From positions 8,558,001 to 8,622,000 of the forward strand of contig NC_087263.1 of NCBI RefSeq assembly GCF_037042905.1: 64,000 nucleotides of DNA, read 5' to 3'. Position 1 is the stretch's first letter. Each line of letters starts with the position of its first letter. The position numbers and the translations under genes are program-made. The notes beneath the pieces were generated by a model that worked only from the letters and a program-made list of their open reading frames with translations, searched no databases and was not told the origin of the DNA. Origin of the DNA: Lytechinus pictus. Lineage: Eukaryota. This document shows, piece after piece, positions 23,930-38,049 of the stretch.

Positions 23930-24285
23930 GGTGTGCTGTGGCAGGTGCTGCTGGTGCTTCATGATCGGTGCTGTACCAGGTTCTACTGGTGCTTAAAGTG
24001 ATGTGTTGTACCAGGTTCTGCTGGTGCTTTAGGTGATGTGTTGTACCAGGTTCTGCTGGTGCTTCAGGTGATGTGCTTTGGCAGGACCTACCGGTGCTTC
24101 AGGTGATGTGCTGTGTCTGGTGGTGCTGGTGCTTCAGGTGATATGATTTGTCAGGTGCTGCTAGTGCTTCAGGATATGTGGTGTGTCAGGTGGTGCTGGT
24201 GCTTTAGGTGATGTCCTGTGTCACGTGCCAATGGTACTTCAGTTGAGTTGCTATGTCAGGTGCTGCTGGTGCTTCAGTTGATGAC
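23930..24285. repeat. 35-bp minisatellite, about 10 copies
   Basis: Unit approximately ggtgcttcaggtgatgtgctgtgtcaggtgctgct. Confidence 0.9.
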
Positions 24286-24529
24286 CTGAAGACGGAGTTC
24301 GTTAATGCTCACTCATGCGTAGATAGTGTCGATATCTAACGCCCTTCAAAACCACTCTTTTCTTTTCCATTTTGCTATGTCTTGATTTCTTTCTTCTCAC
24401 ATTTCCCCATTCTTTCTCTGTCCATATTTTTTCATCCCTATTTCTCTCTCTATTCCACCGTTCCTACCGCTCCCTTAGTGCCCCCTCTCTCTCTCTCTCT
24501 CCAACCATCCACCCCATTCATCTCCCTCC

Positions 24530-25000
24530 ATGCACAAACTTTTCCGCCTCCTTATGTTATCCTTCAAAGCCGACTGTGATATCCACCATATCTTCCATTC
24601 TCTTGCTTTTACTGCGGATCAATCGTAATTTCACGGTACCAGCTTTATACACCTGTTAATTTCCATATATAATCACGAACGTGTGACATCGATGCATAAC
24701 TTTGATTAACACTGCCATTTCATAGCCACTTTTCTCGGCATTCACGGTTGCTCGTTCGATGTACCACTTTGCTTCTGAAGATGGTCAGTGCGATCCTTAC
24801 ACCCACCTCCTAATCGAGCTCATTACGTATCCGCTCTCCCTTATTGTAATGTACAAGAGGATGTTCGCCGAGCGATCGTGTAACATTACCCCCGACATGT
24901 AGTCAACGCAACCCTCTTTAAACCCACAAACTTCTGAACGATTCCACGGCATCTTCAAACCTCCACAGTCATTGATTTCGAATCTGAGACCATATCATCA
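24530..25000 (-). mobile_element. Possible highly decayed RTE-like LINE 3' fragment
   Basis: Minus-strand peptides 'ERIRNELD*EVGVR' and 'MPRKVAMKW' resemble the RTE ORF C-terminus; frames are broken. Confidence 0.25.
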
Positions 25001-28000
25001 AACTTAGTCCCATCTGGACCAGCCTCTTGTGATTTTAATCAGGACTGTCTTCATCGCAAAGGGAGTTTTAAACTTTAATCAGGTAGGTTCGAAAGATAAT
25101 TTTTCCTATCTTATTTGACTTTGGACGTGTATTGTGTGGGCGTTGAGGCTGTCCGTGTCTTATAATGCTGAGCCGATGGAAGAGTTAAGGTTAACGCCGC
25201 ATCGCAATCATGTACGCCTACACACATTTTACGGATCGGGTAATATGAAGCGAAAGTTTCGTTGACAGATCTCGCTTTTAGAAGCGTTTCTCTTTTACAA
25301 TCCCGGCAATTGAATATGATTATCAAAATGTTACTATTTGTATGTTTATGATGTATGCGAGATATTTGCGGTCCTATAGACATGTACATTTCACAACAGT
25401 GTGTGTATCTTTATCATCGCAAACGTAAAACGAAAAGTTGATATTTAGTTATATCGACCAGAAATTCATTAAATATCTTAATAAATGTGCAATCAATATC
25501 ATTATTTTTTCTACAAAACATCAAGAATATAAAAGCTAGTTCATACCAATAGCGATTTAAAGATATTTGGTAGGGCCTATATTCACAAATAACGCTTGTT
25601 GTAAATATGGTAAATGTGTCGTCTTATTATGTCAATAATATCTGTGGTAATGGCTTATGCCGTACGCTTTAAAATGGAGTATAATCAAGGTGCGCTTTTC
25701 TCTGATTGGTAAGTTCTACTACCAATACTGATGACGTTCCTGCTGGTGGTATCGTGTCAAAGGCCGTTATAATATTCCAGGGAATAAACAGCGTCGCAAT
25801 CATACATTTTCGGATCTCTTAGCGATAGCATATGGCTTGTTTTTGCAGAACTAAACAAACCGCAATTTGAGAGAAAACTAAAAATTACCATTCCTTTTAG
25901 GGTTTATGTTGCTAAACGTAACTTAATACAAGTTAGGGTTTGTTAAAAAAAATTGGTGGTTTTTCAAGAAAAAAAAAGTCTTCCTATAACTAGCGATTCG
26001 TATGGCATGGGTGCGTTAATTTATCCAATCGACTATGGTTGATCATTTCAACCAACATAAAAATGATATTTGTTATAGATATTACAATAATTTTATTTTT
26101 GAATACTTATTCTTCAATAAATTCAGCATTGTTGTTTAAACGGTTATCAAATACATGCATGCGACGCATATTGGGTAATAATATTATACTTCTGATGTAT
26201 TTTAATGCTGGATGCTCTGTTATCTGAAAATGTTTGCATGAGAAAAGCGAGCCGAATAGATTTTTACCTTGTGATATCTAAAAGGTTTGTGTGAGTTTAG
26301 ATATCAAGACCTGTACTTAATCAATCTGTCTAATGTATCGAATACGCGCATTTTATGTGTTACTAGTCTTTTCCCCGAAATTATTAAGGTAAATGTTGAC
26401 AAACATGCTAACTTTAACAAAATAACGTAGGTCTTCTTTTCAAAGCATCATAATGAGTGATGGGGACAATTTCCAGTTAACGTGTTTCCTATTTCCAATT
26501 AAACATGTTGCAAATATTTAATAATAACAATAATAGCCATTCATTTTATTATTTGCATGCAAGGGCGGATCTAGCTTTTTTCCAAGCAGGGGGTTTGACA
26601 TAGAAATGTGACAAGCAAAAAAGGTTTTACCTTCAAATGAAGGTCATTTTGGTACCGACAATTATTTGACAAGCCCCCCAAAAGGGGTTGGAAACAAAAT
26701 ATTGATCATTATTATTATTTTTCTTTTTGGCTTGAAAGCTGAAGGGAGGGGGGGGGGTTAAACCCCCTACCCCCCCCCCCTCCCGAAGATCGGCCTCTGA
26801 TATGTTTTATTTGAAAAAAAGGGCAGTTAATCTTAAGGGCCTCCCACACTCAGCCGATAGTGGTAACGCACCTCTTTGTCAAAAGACCACAAAAACAAAT
26901 CTCCAAACCATGGCCACTCAATAATTATAGAAATCCATAGGAAAAAAATGTCTACCTCTTGATGCGTCTATAAATATAATTCCCCTTGCGAAATTTAAAC
27001 ATTAATATAAGAGTAATGTAATCCCTCGTTCTAAAGCTATTATATGACAGTCTCCTCATTTTCCTCTAATGTCTTTTTCGCGCAGCTGCTCCGCGATGTA
27101 TATTCAATCACCATAAACAAAAACAATGTGACTTCTCGCAGGCTTCTTGACAGATTAATGACTATCTATGTGGATTTCCGTGGATCTAGCAACCAAGGTG
27201 ATGTTTTGTTAATACATGATTATCTTGTCGACACATTCAATAATTCAAAAGAGCGGAGACTGTATTGAGTCGCTAGCGACATCTTCTAAATCGGGAAAGC
27301 TGAGTCGATTAATATTTTGACATCACCATGATGACTATTACCTGTTTTATCTCATCTATTTCGCTACTTCCGTTTGGTTCTTAAGCATCGTGGTCGTAAA
27401 TCGATGTACATTATTCGATTAGTGGTGTTGATTAGTTCGGTTGAATAATGATTATCAATTAGTGTATGAAAAAAAGGCGTAACCACAGCAAACAAACTGA
27501 ATCAACAGATAAAATCGAAACAACCTCCATTTCCCCGGATACCGAAAGTACCACAATAATAAACGATTCTTGCTTTAGCTAAGGTAGAGATAATGATGAT
27601 GTTGACAAAAAGTAACGACAACTGTATAACCAAAAGCAACATCATTCTAATTCTGTTAAAACGAAATTACATATGCCATTTAATACTCAATTTTATTTCC
27701 ACACAAATATAATTGTCTCGTTATAATTTGAAGGTTAAAGAAATCAAATCCCATACGATTTCAACTCGTTCACATACGTCCCTGCAAATATACTGTTAGG
27801 GGTCCGTCCACATTGTCTATTCTTTCAAGACATTACATTTTAAAGAAAGACAAAAAAAAATGTTTACGCTTAATTGTTAACAAATTATTATTACCTTATT
27901 GTGATTAATCTATGCAACAAGAGAGAGAGAGAGGGGGTGGGGGAGGAAACATGACACGCTCAGTAATGCCAGTACAGTTCAGATTCTTCAATCAACAGTG

Positions 28001-28289
28001 ATGTGGTGTGTGTGTGTGCGTGATAGAAATAGAGAGAGGGAGAGATGGATAGAGACATAATAGAGAGGGGAAGAGAGGGAGGGCTGCAAGATTACAAGTA
28101 CGGTTGTCAATTAACAAACCCACATTTCAGCCTTCCACAAGTTCTGGACAGCAGGTTTAATTTCGACAGGATATGGTGGGTAGGTGGATAGTGTAAACGA
28201 ATGTATGTGTTATTCTAATTGGACGCACGAACGTTTAACGATTGATAGCAGTACGGAATTTATTCTGTTTAGAGAAATATGCAGGAAAG

Positions 28290-28530
28290 CAGTGGCGCAT
28301 AATGGGGGGGGGGGGGGGCATTGGGGCCCTTGCCCCCCCCAAAAAAAAAAAAAAAAATCACGACAAACAGTAAAAAAAGGAATGAAAATGAACAGATGAA
28401 AGAGAGAAGTATGAAATACTATGTCAAAATCTATTACAAAATTCGATTTTTTTTAATAATTGTAAATGTTCAAATTTTTGCCCGATACGCCATAATACAC
28501 CCTCAACAAAATTGGTTTAACACCCCACTG
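28290..28530. mobile_element. hAT-like MITE (cagtgg..ccactg), degenerate
   Basis: Termini and the G/C-run subterminal motif are shared with the 48422 and 48971 elements; no TSD seen. Confidence 0.55.
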
Positions 28531-31500
28531 TAAGGAGGAGAAAAAGTCATTGCGTGGGCAAAACTGACAAAAAAAAAGGGGAAGCAACACATTTTCATAA
28601 TATATTAAGTTACTTGATATCATTCTCAATTTTTTCAACAATCATTACATTACCGAAAATTAAAGCTAAATAAGGAACATCAGAAGACGGAGGTAGACAA
28701 ACAGGAAAAGAAGAATAATGTACTGCAAGAAAAACTAGAGTGGCTGCATGAATTGTGGATGAGTGCAATATTAGACTTTATAAAGTGGAATATGTCCGGT
28801 ATATGGTATTTACCCTCCCCCTCCATTCATTGAAATTTTATTTTCTAATGGTATTTTTTTATGATAGTCCATGCATTATGGAAAAAAAAAGCACGATTCC
28901 TGATACTGCACAGCAAGTTTAATACGTAATCATTTGGGCCTTCGTCATTCTTTTTTTTTTTTTTTTGGGGGGGGGGTTCTAGACGCATATTTATCCGTGA
29001 AAATGGTATATCGGCATTGTTCAAAGGGCACGCTCTGAACGAGATAACATCAATGCAATATCGGAACGTTATGATAATCATGTGTGATGGTCGTAATTAT
29101 ACCCTTTATCCTTCAAATGCTAGTTTGTAATGACGCCGAATTCATGATAGGAATTTAATGATTTATGATGGGAGAAAGGAAAAAAATTTGTGAGAGAGAA
29201 TGACATGGAGAGAGAAAGAAAGAGAGGGGGAGGCGATGATCCATAGTAATTTAATGTCATTCCGCAAGGGTGGAAATTAGGGGCAAATTTGTACAGGAAT
29301 TGTGAACGAGTGGGATATTATTAACAAAATCACGTTAAATGGTCGAATATCATGATGGCCATGGGCATGGCGGATGGCATGCGGAAAGCGAGGGCGGGTA
29401 CCCATGATAATATTTCTACTCTATCTCGCCCAGTATTTTTATTGCTCTGTCTCTTTCTCCCTTCTTCCATTGTCTTTTTTCCTTGTGGACTATCTTGTTT
29501 GTTTTCTTCAATTTGTCTACTTTTTTTTTCAAATAATTTGTATACAGTTTACATTTTAAAGTTGTAACCCTATATCACAAGTACACTGGGAGAATGACTG
29601 AAAGGTGAAACTTTGCCCCTTTCTGGTTTTGGGGCTCCTTTGTCATTTATACAAATAGAACTTTGCACACTTTATTTTATCAAGTAGGGGATCTACAGGT
29701 GCTCCCGGTATGGCATCGCTAAGGCTACTGTATTTTATATTTTTAATTTATATAACTACATCTATATTTTCATTTTTTTTAACAATCACATGTTATAGCA
29801 TGCTTCCGGACAAATCGAAGCATTAATTCTAATTTAGAAAAAAATAATTTGAATTTAGGGAATTTGTTAGCCGCATCTGCTGCGGGTGTGCTGTTCACAA
29901 ATAACCTCACATAATATCAAAAGGGTCTTAAATTTCGCAAATCTGATAATCTTCTCATGAATTTTCATCGGAACTTTATTGATATGCATGTATTCTGCAC
30001 TAAGTTCACCAAGGTGTTAGGATAGAATTCCTCTTTACCATATTCAAGAGCATAATATCGATACAATATCGAAATGAGTTCCCTAAGGAAAACTTATAAG
30101 CTAAGTTGTTAACCATGAGAAAACGTGATAACGCTGCCGTATGGATAAGAAAATTAGTAAGGCGACACGATTGTTCTTGGTAAAGGGTTTTGGAGAGACT
30201 CGAATTCGATACGCCATACAAGAGCTTTCTGAATTGAAATCTTATAGCCCGAACAATTAAGTCTATACTATATTTAGAAGATTATTCGGCGAGTAGGCAT
30301 GTGATAACTGGGTGGGATGTCTATGGCACATCTTCCTTAAATAGAAGTCATTCTGAAATGTAGGTCTTTTTTTTACAACGGGAATTATTTGAAGGATATT
30401 CGAAGCAAGGTTGAGCAGAGTGACAAGACAAATTTGAATTTGACCGCTTGGGGTCGTGTTGCTAATTCGCCTTGTCGTTTGAAAGTGTTGCCCAGGGTGG
30501 TTTTTCATCATTTTGATTGATTTTGTGATTCAAGCCCAGTGAGGTGAGTGGAATTACCTGGTTATCTTGAAGTTAATTATTTATACTATGCTTTAAGTCG
30601 AGTGCCACGATAGAATATCAAGTTCAAATCACTAAAGTGATGAGTCAAAGTTATGGCGTGAACGAGTTGTTCATGTGAAAGACTGCATATATACGCGTAC
30701 ACGTGAATGTTACGTAATGGAACGTGCAGTGCAGTCGTTCGTTGTCGTGCGAGAAACATGAATTGGGCCTTCGGGCACACGATGAATACATTGTAAATTG
30801 CATAAGAAAGACAGAAAGAATTAAACAAGAGAACGTTGTTGTTGAACATGCATAATGTTTCGAATACATTAGGTTATTTGGGCAATTGCGGGCCTTATCC
30901 TGAAACAGTCTTCCTCTTCTCGTGTGTGTCGCTGTGTGTGCGCTCGTTGTATACAAAGTCAATGGGAGAGGAAAGAAGTCACCGCCGCTAAAAACACGCA
31001 TTGGGGGTTTTGGTTAACGGCGGTTTCAACTTTTAATTCAAAATGAATATATGCATCCTCGAACCCTAGGGTCGCCGAATTCATATTCATGATATGCTAC
31101 CGTGAACGAAATGTGGGGCAGTCTTTCCGGGCAATAATCTATATATATCTCTCTTCTAAGCTTTTTTGTAAAGTATCCGATGCTTAATGTGCATGTGAAG
31201 CGCTCAGATAAGATATTTTTTTTTATCAAAGTCGAACAGACATCCTCCCAAAGTGTCTTCTTTCTTTTCATGTTACTTATTCAAATCATTGCTCCCTTTT
31301 GTGTTACATTCTACTCACCACGTATATGAAGCATACACACAAATAGCTTGTTTCATGCTAATATATATATATATATATTATTTAGCGGCTGCTTCCCCCT
31401 AATTGCTTAAGTTTTTGAGATCTTAATCACGTATACTGTAAAAATAAAAAAATGCTACAAACCTTTGAACATCTTGAGTAATCAATTGTTCAAAAGTTTG

Positions 31501-32207
31501 AAAATATAGTTGTCAAGGTAACTGGCTTAAACAACGTGCTTCATGTTTTAAACGTCGTTTATCACGTTAATTTGCGCTACCCGTTCTTCTTATTTTTTTC
31601 CTGTTAAGGATAAATTACAGTTGCTGTAATAAATACATTTTTTAACGAATCCAGCAAAGTTACCATCTAATCGTTGGTTTTTATTAAGCTTCAAATGATT
31701 CCGGTAATTTTTTATTTATTTTATTTATTTTTTAAGCTACACGTAATGCATTCTGCCAGCTTGCCCGTCTTTTTACAACTCTACGTATAGCTATAATGAC
31801 TGTATTTTCATTTTAAAAATATTTTATAATTTAAGATTCCAAAGTTTTTAAGTGTCTATTGTTCAGAAAAGATGGTGATTTGTTTTTTCTTGACAAGGCG
31901 ACCTAATAGGAATGCCATATCGACTTATTGACCTTTTATGTTAATCACGAATTAGACTTCCAAAAGGTCACGTGATGTCACGATGTAATAAGAAATTTAG
32001 AAATGTCGTCTTCTAAAAGGTTTTATCGTTATGTCGACGACATATATTACCTATTCAACTAGGGGGAAAATATTGTTGTGTTACATCGATCTATCTAGTA
32101 ATCGATCTTTTTATCTACTGGAGAAGAAATTAAAGGAGTATGAAAAAAAATCTTGACATCCTCAAACCCTCCTTGAAATTAATTTTGCCAGTTCGCGTGG
32201 AGTTCAT

Positions 32208-32696
32208 TACGGAGCCTTTAAAGTGCCATCGACTTGACGACTTGGCGAGATACTTTATCTAGCCATGTCGACATAACCTTATTATGTCGACATGGCGAGA
32301 TACGTTATCTTGCCAAGTTGACTTATAAAAAGTTATATGTCAACTTGGCGAGATATTTGGACTCTCGCCGGGCCTTGGACACTTTATATCTCGCCATGTT
32401 GACATATAATGTTTTGTAAGTCAACTTGGCAAGATAACGTATCTCGCCATGTCGACATATAACTTTTTAGAAGTCGACTTGGCGAGATAACGTATCTCAC
32501 CATGTCGACATATAATTTTCTATAAGTCGACTTGGCGAGATAACGTATCTCGCCATGTCGACATGTAAATTTCTTTAAGTCAACTTGGCGTGATAATGTA
32601 TCTCACCATGTCGACATAATGAGGTTATTATGTCGACATGGCAAGATAAAGTATCTCGCCAAGTCGTCAAGTCGATGGCACTTTAAAGGCTCCGTA
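32208..32696. mobile_element. IS3EU-type non-autonomous DNA transposon with internal 53-bp palindromic tandem repeats
   Basis: Perfect TIR of ~50 bp (TACGGAGCCTTTAAAGTGCCATCGACTTGACGACTTGGCGAGATACTTTATC); exact 6-bp TSD GTTCAT (32202-32207, 32697-32702). Confidence 0.85.
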
Positions 32697-33098
32697 GTTC
32701 ATCATGAATGTGGAATGATTCATTTAAACATTCTGAGGTGGTGAATTATTGTTTTATAATTTTAATTGTCCAAACATGGAGGACTGTGTGTGTGTGATAG
32801 GGTGTGTGGGTGTGTGTGTGTGTGCGGCGCTTTGTAACCGAAAGGAAAACTGCGCTATTTCGAATTTCTATTAGATTGAAATGGATTTGTGAATATGGTT
32901 CACTTTTGTTAAAGATATTTCTTGGTTTGTATATTTAATTGTGTTTGTGTGCAGGAAACAGTGATTTAAAGGTATTAGTGAATGCAAATCAGTGATTTAA
33001 ATGGTGTTATCCATGTCTACTTCCCTATCTCCTTAGCCTTCACCTTTCATATCCACAATCAATTCATCATCTCTACACCTTGTAGGTATGGGTGGAAA

Positions 33099-33178
33099 GG
33101 CGGGGGCGGGAAAAACGAGACCGGGAATGCACGTGACCCCTCAGGCGCGGGAGATCTCGTTGATGCGAGCCAATCAAA
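33099..33178. promoter_or_regulatory. Promoter-like motif cluster
   Basis: GC box/E2F-like GGCGGGGGCGGGAAAA, E-box CACGTGAC (33130), GCGCGGGA, CCAAT (33170) within 80 bp of GC-rich DNA. Confidence 0.4.
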
Positions 33179-33279
33179 TCTTTACCGTACCTAGCAGCAT
33201 TTCTACTCAAAGAGGAAAGACATTCGAAGGAATTATAAGAGGTTTAAACAGATATAAAAAGATGACGGAGGAGTAGAAT

Positions 33280-33640
33280 ATTAGACAGATAGAGAGAAGA
33301 AGGAAGAGAAAAGTAAAAGAAAATGAATGAAATGAAGAAGGAGCATATATTTACGAGAGGGAGAAGGAAAAATGGGAGGGGAACAAGTAATCAGAGAGAA
33401 AAAAGGGAGGAGAAGGAAAAGAAGGAGAATGTGAAGAAGAAGAGGGAGAAGAAGAAGAAGAAAAATAAGAAGGGACGAAGAAGAGGAGGAAGAGGAAAAG
33501 AAAGAAGATTGAAGATTGAAGAAGAGCAATAAACAGAAGGACACGAGCAACAACGCACAGTATAAGGAGAAGAAAAGACTGAATAGAGAAATGGATAGAG
33601 GAAGGAGTGAATGGGGAGAGGAGAGAGAGAGCCAAAGGAA
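33280..33640. repeat. Polypurine (GA-rich) low-complexity tract
   Basis: gaagaagaag/gagagaga runs. Confidence 0.85.
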
Positions 33641-34612
33641 GAGGTGTCCGTTTCGCCAGCTGAAAGATGAGCAAAATGATACGAGTAATTTATTGCGTAG
33701 GTGGATTTTCAATCGGGAAATAATCCTCTTAACCCAGTTCACTTTACTTTCTGTCTTGCCGTCCGTAGATTTCTATAATCGACCATTTCAACGGAAGCGA
33801 ATCAAAGCATTGGTCATGCTGTAATTTAAGAAAGACGCAAAACTAGTCACTCCTGGCGTTATAGTTTAAACCTGCACAGTTTTGGAATTTTACTTTTATA
33901 CGATAAGGTGCCCTTTTTTGGTATTTTGGTCTACTTTCGTTTTCGTCTCTACGCACATGGTCTAGTCCTAGACTTCCAACATCTTGTTTGTCTACTAATC
34001 ATTTAGTCTAATCATATCATGTAGCACATTTACCATATTGTCTAATTTCTTGTTAGGCTATTCCCATTTCGTCTAATTATAGGCTGTACTCTTACTCTAT
34101 AACACCGCTTATTCTATAGTGTTAGATGGATTCTTACACACACACACACACACCCACACGCACAGACACACTTTCACACACCCACACACACACCCACCCA
34201 CTGCCGATTATTAAGTGTAAAAAAGTTAACAAAATGGAAAAACATGCGACAGTGTGTTCAACGAAATCAACCCAATTTGCCAAGTCTATTGAGTATTAGT
34301 CCGCGCGGATTTGCATTCTTCGAAAATAAAGTAGCGTAGTTTGGTCAGTCACACTGTGTAACGCATGGATTACTTTACATAGTGAGAATTGAATTAAACA
34401 TCACCAGTGTCATGCAGTCAGATACCCCCGGCAGATATCATGTATTTATGAAGATTCTGTGCTCAGGTTCACCATGCAGGGATTTCTACTCTGCTTGCAT
34501 AATTTATGGTTTCGTGGCGTGTGCAGCTAGGAACCGAAGTGAAATATAAAATAATACCGATTACCATTACCACGGTAATTATTCTTAGTCGTAAATAATG
34601 GTTCCCTCTTGG

Positions 34613-34892
34613 CAAGGGCCCTGGGAACGATTTTAAAATAGGTGCTGAGAGTTTTGTTCAGGGGGTTGTCAGGAAAAGAAATACAAGCAAAATAAATTGA
34701 ATGAATAAACAAACAAACAAATAAAGGCTATTTGTCCGAAATCTTCTTAATTTAGGGGCAATAGCTTTTTTTGGTCATCTTGATTTCTAGGGGGTGCTAC
34801 CTAGGGTAAATAACATGCGCAGTGCCCTCTGAAAGATCTTAGGGGTGCTAAGTGCTTCTTCACCCCCCAGCATCCCCCACTACCCAGGGCCA
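34613..34892. mobile_element. Degenerate hAT-like MITE
   Basis: ggccctggga ... acccagggcc termini; internal 'ggggtgct' repeats. Confidence 0.5.
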
Positions 34893-37800
34893 GCATGCTC
34901 TTGGCTACAGATGAGCGATTGCTCTTGGGAGGGTTCCTGATAGTCATATTTCATCACCAACTGTTCATGATATTCCCAGCATATAGTTTTATTACGACCA
35001 GGTACCGTCGGTTCAATATTGCTTATGAAATAATCATGGTAGAAAACTATTTCAAGGAAAATGAAGTAAGGAAAGCATCGATTCATAGTTATTGTTTTGT
35101 CTTGTTATGAAAAACTATGCATTTGACTATCATTTCTGATCACGCTTAAAGAGCCTGCAGTTTTAGGAAGTGTTTTTTAAATGTGAACTTGTTGCCATAA
35201 TACATATTGTGAAATAAGAGAGAGCCTTATTATTTTTTATATTTATTTATTCATCTGTTTATTTATTCATTATGATCCTTTATTCATTTTTTGGGGAGGG
35301 CGGGGGTTGGCAATGGTTGGGGAATGTAATTCGAGTGAAAGGGAAATTAGGGAATGAAGTTCATTCAATTCAATTCATTTTATTCAATCATTTAAAAAAA
35401 ATCAATGTACAAACCAAAATATATACAAAAGCATACATGAATGTACTATAGTTTAAATGATTAGGGTGCCCCTAAAAGCAAAAGCTTGATGAGTGGGACA
35501 CCCAATACATATATATATATAAATATATATGTGAAAGCAGAGATGTGGGGGGGGGGGTAATGAAAGGGGGTGTGAGTAGAGGACAAATGCTTGTAGGCCA
35601 CACCTCCTTTTGAGAACTAATATATAAACAGAGATGATTAAGCAGTACTGCAAAATTAATGAAAAATAAAACGGAGAAAGGGTTTAAAAAATGAAAAGAA
35701 CGGGCGCGGGATCAAAGACTGCAAATTTACATCGAATTGGAAGAAAGGTTTAAACCGAGTGTGCTTTTATAACTCTGCAACAAACGTTAGTTTTATTATC
35801 AGTATAAACATGCCAAATATCAAGAAAATACCCAATAATGGAGTCAAGATTATTGCTAAAGACGATGGAACCCCACTTTCCCTTCATTCTATATTCTCTT
35901 ACTTTAAGGAAGCTCGTCATAGCATGAGAGCGATGCTTGTTTTGGGCTAATTCCCGCCTTTGACTTTGTTCAAAATATTGAAAATGCCAAGGTCATGATG
36001 ATCGCGAACATATTTTGTAGAGGGGAAAAGTAACGGAGCGAAAGGAAATGACGTCTGTACAAACCGGTAATGTGGTTAGTTTTCCATGTCCATGATGTTT
36101 ATCTAAGAGAAGGGCAGTGGAAGCGAAAAAGTAATAAATTTATTATAAGACAATATACGATTTGAAGCATTTCTATTTCTCTGCTTACCATAACTTATAT
36201 GCAGTGCCGTATGTATTCACGGGGTGGGTAAAGTGAGATGCGCGAAGACCAGCCGCTCCTTTTTTAAATGGGACGAAATGAGGCAGTATTATTACAACCT
36301 TTTTTCAAAGAATAATGAATTTAAATCTAATAAACAAGTATTTATGATGCAAAATTAAAGTGACTGCCAAATTTAAAAATCTGGAGGGGGGTTTCAGTAT
36401 TTTCACAAGGCCGCCTGTGTTGGAGAGGGCGCAAAAGTAAGCCTTTGAAGCAGTGAATAATGTTTCATTGACTTTTAGATTAATAGAAAAATGCAAATTT
36501 ATGATTTTTTACCCCAGCCGAAGATCAGTTTATTCCGAAGAGAACTAATACTATCTTATGCAGATATGAACATATCATATCAAAATCAAATAAAAATAGC
36601 ATAAACCATGTCTACGATTAAAGCACCGTAGTCGATGCACATAACCAACGCCAGAAACCGAGGACTCACACTGACTGACATCATATTCAAATTATTACAC
36701 ACAGCGAGCTGAGGACATCGTCGTTTTTCACATAATGGATTACAGCGTAAAATCCCAAAAAGAAAAGAAAGGGGAAAAAACAAAAAAAAAAGAGCTAGAT
36801 TCACAATTGTATTATAGGTCCTCGGTTGAATAGTAAGAATTCATATTATTTTGGGTTTACTTAATTCCAATTGACAGTAACTATGTAAGTCATCGGTTTT
36901 GCAATCCGATATTTTTCTGTATTATGTATGTGTGTGAGGCAGATACACCAAATACAGACTCTAAGGAAAATAAAATGAGAGCGAGAGAAGACGCAGTATA
37001 AGTACAAGAAGGAGAATAACTAGATAAAGAATGACAACGAGCAGAAGAAGGGAAAGTTGATGACAAAGAATATGAACAATAGATAACTATTTATAAGAAT
37101 GAATATGATAATATTGCCATGGTACACATGTCATAATTGCAAAACATAACAACAAAAAGCGATGGGGAAAAGAGGCAAACGAAAAGAAAAAAAAAGAAAG
37201 AAAGGAAAGGACTATGGAAAAGAACAAAGAAGAAAACGGTATTGTAATGATCAAAGTTCTATTTTTTTCTCAATCTCAGATTTGAATTGAATTTCATTTA
37301 ATATTTTATTTAGTCGACTTTTAATGTCGACCTTTCATCAATCGAATCAAGAACGTGTAATATATAGGTTCTCTTGCGACCCTCCGACCGTTTGTTTACA
37401 ATCTCCTCTCATGACCTACTTGCTGCCAGCCCGTGCCTTGAAGTTCGAATCAATTAGGCGCACAGCCACACCAACGATACTGAATGCTGATCGAGCATCA
37501 TGATGGCGTTATTTCAAACTGAGCAGTATCGGTCGATCGTGTAACCGGTAGTATCGGTGTGAATGCGCATTACGCAGTATATCTCGGTAAGTGACAGATG
37601 AAGTCGATTTAAAAGCTTGCAATGCAAGATACTACCATGCATGATAGATGAGCTAGCAGATATACGGGTGAGTACTATCTGCAGTCGCTGCTATTTCCAC
37701 TTTTGAATCATTAACCGATTTCTATTTTGCTGATTTCTACTAACAAGATCGACATTTTTTGGTGAACCGTACGTCAACGACATGTTATTATAAATATAGA

Positions 37801-38049
37801 TATAGATAGGGCTGATTCCATTTCGACTCTTGCGAAGATTGATGTTTTCAAACACCAATTCTTAGCCCGGTGATCAACATTTAATCTAACGTAGAATACA
37901 GGACCTGTAAGACCTTTCTTTAAAATATATTGTTGTCATGATTACGTTAGACGTGTAAACACAATATTAAGATTTGTACATTGATTTATATATAGTTATA
38001 TTTTTTGTACATTACTATTATGTACAAAATGACCCTTAACCTTTTTTAA

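Noticed and set aside
32400..32640. CRISPR-like array (regular palindromic repeats with variable linkers)
   Set aside because: Linkers are only ~10 nt and similar to each other, the array lies inside a TIR/TSD-bounded MITE, there are no cas genes, and the DNA is eukaryotic.
33281..33824. Lys/Arg/Glu-rich and hydrophobic ORFs
   Set aside because: They are translations of a GA-rich low-complexity tract.
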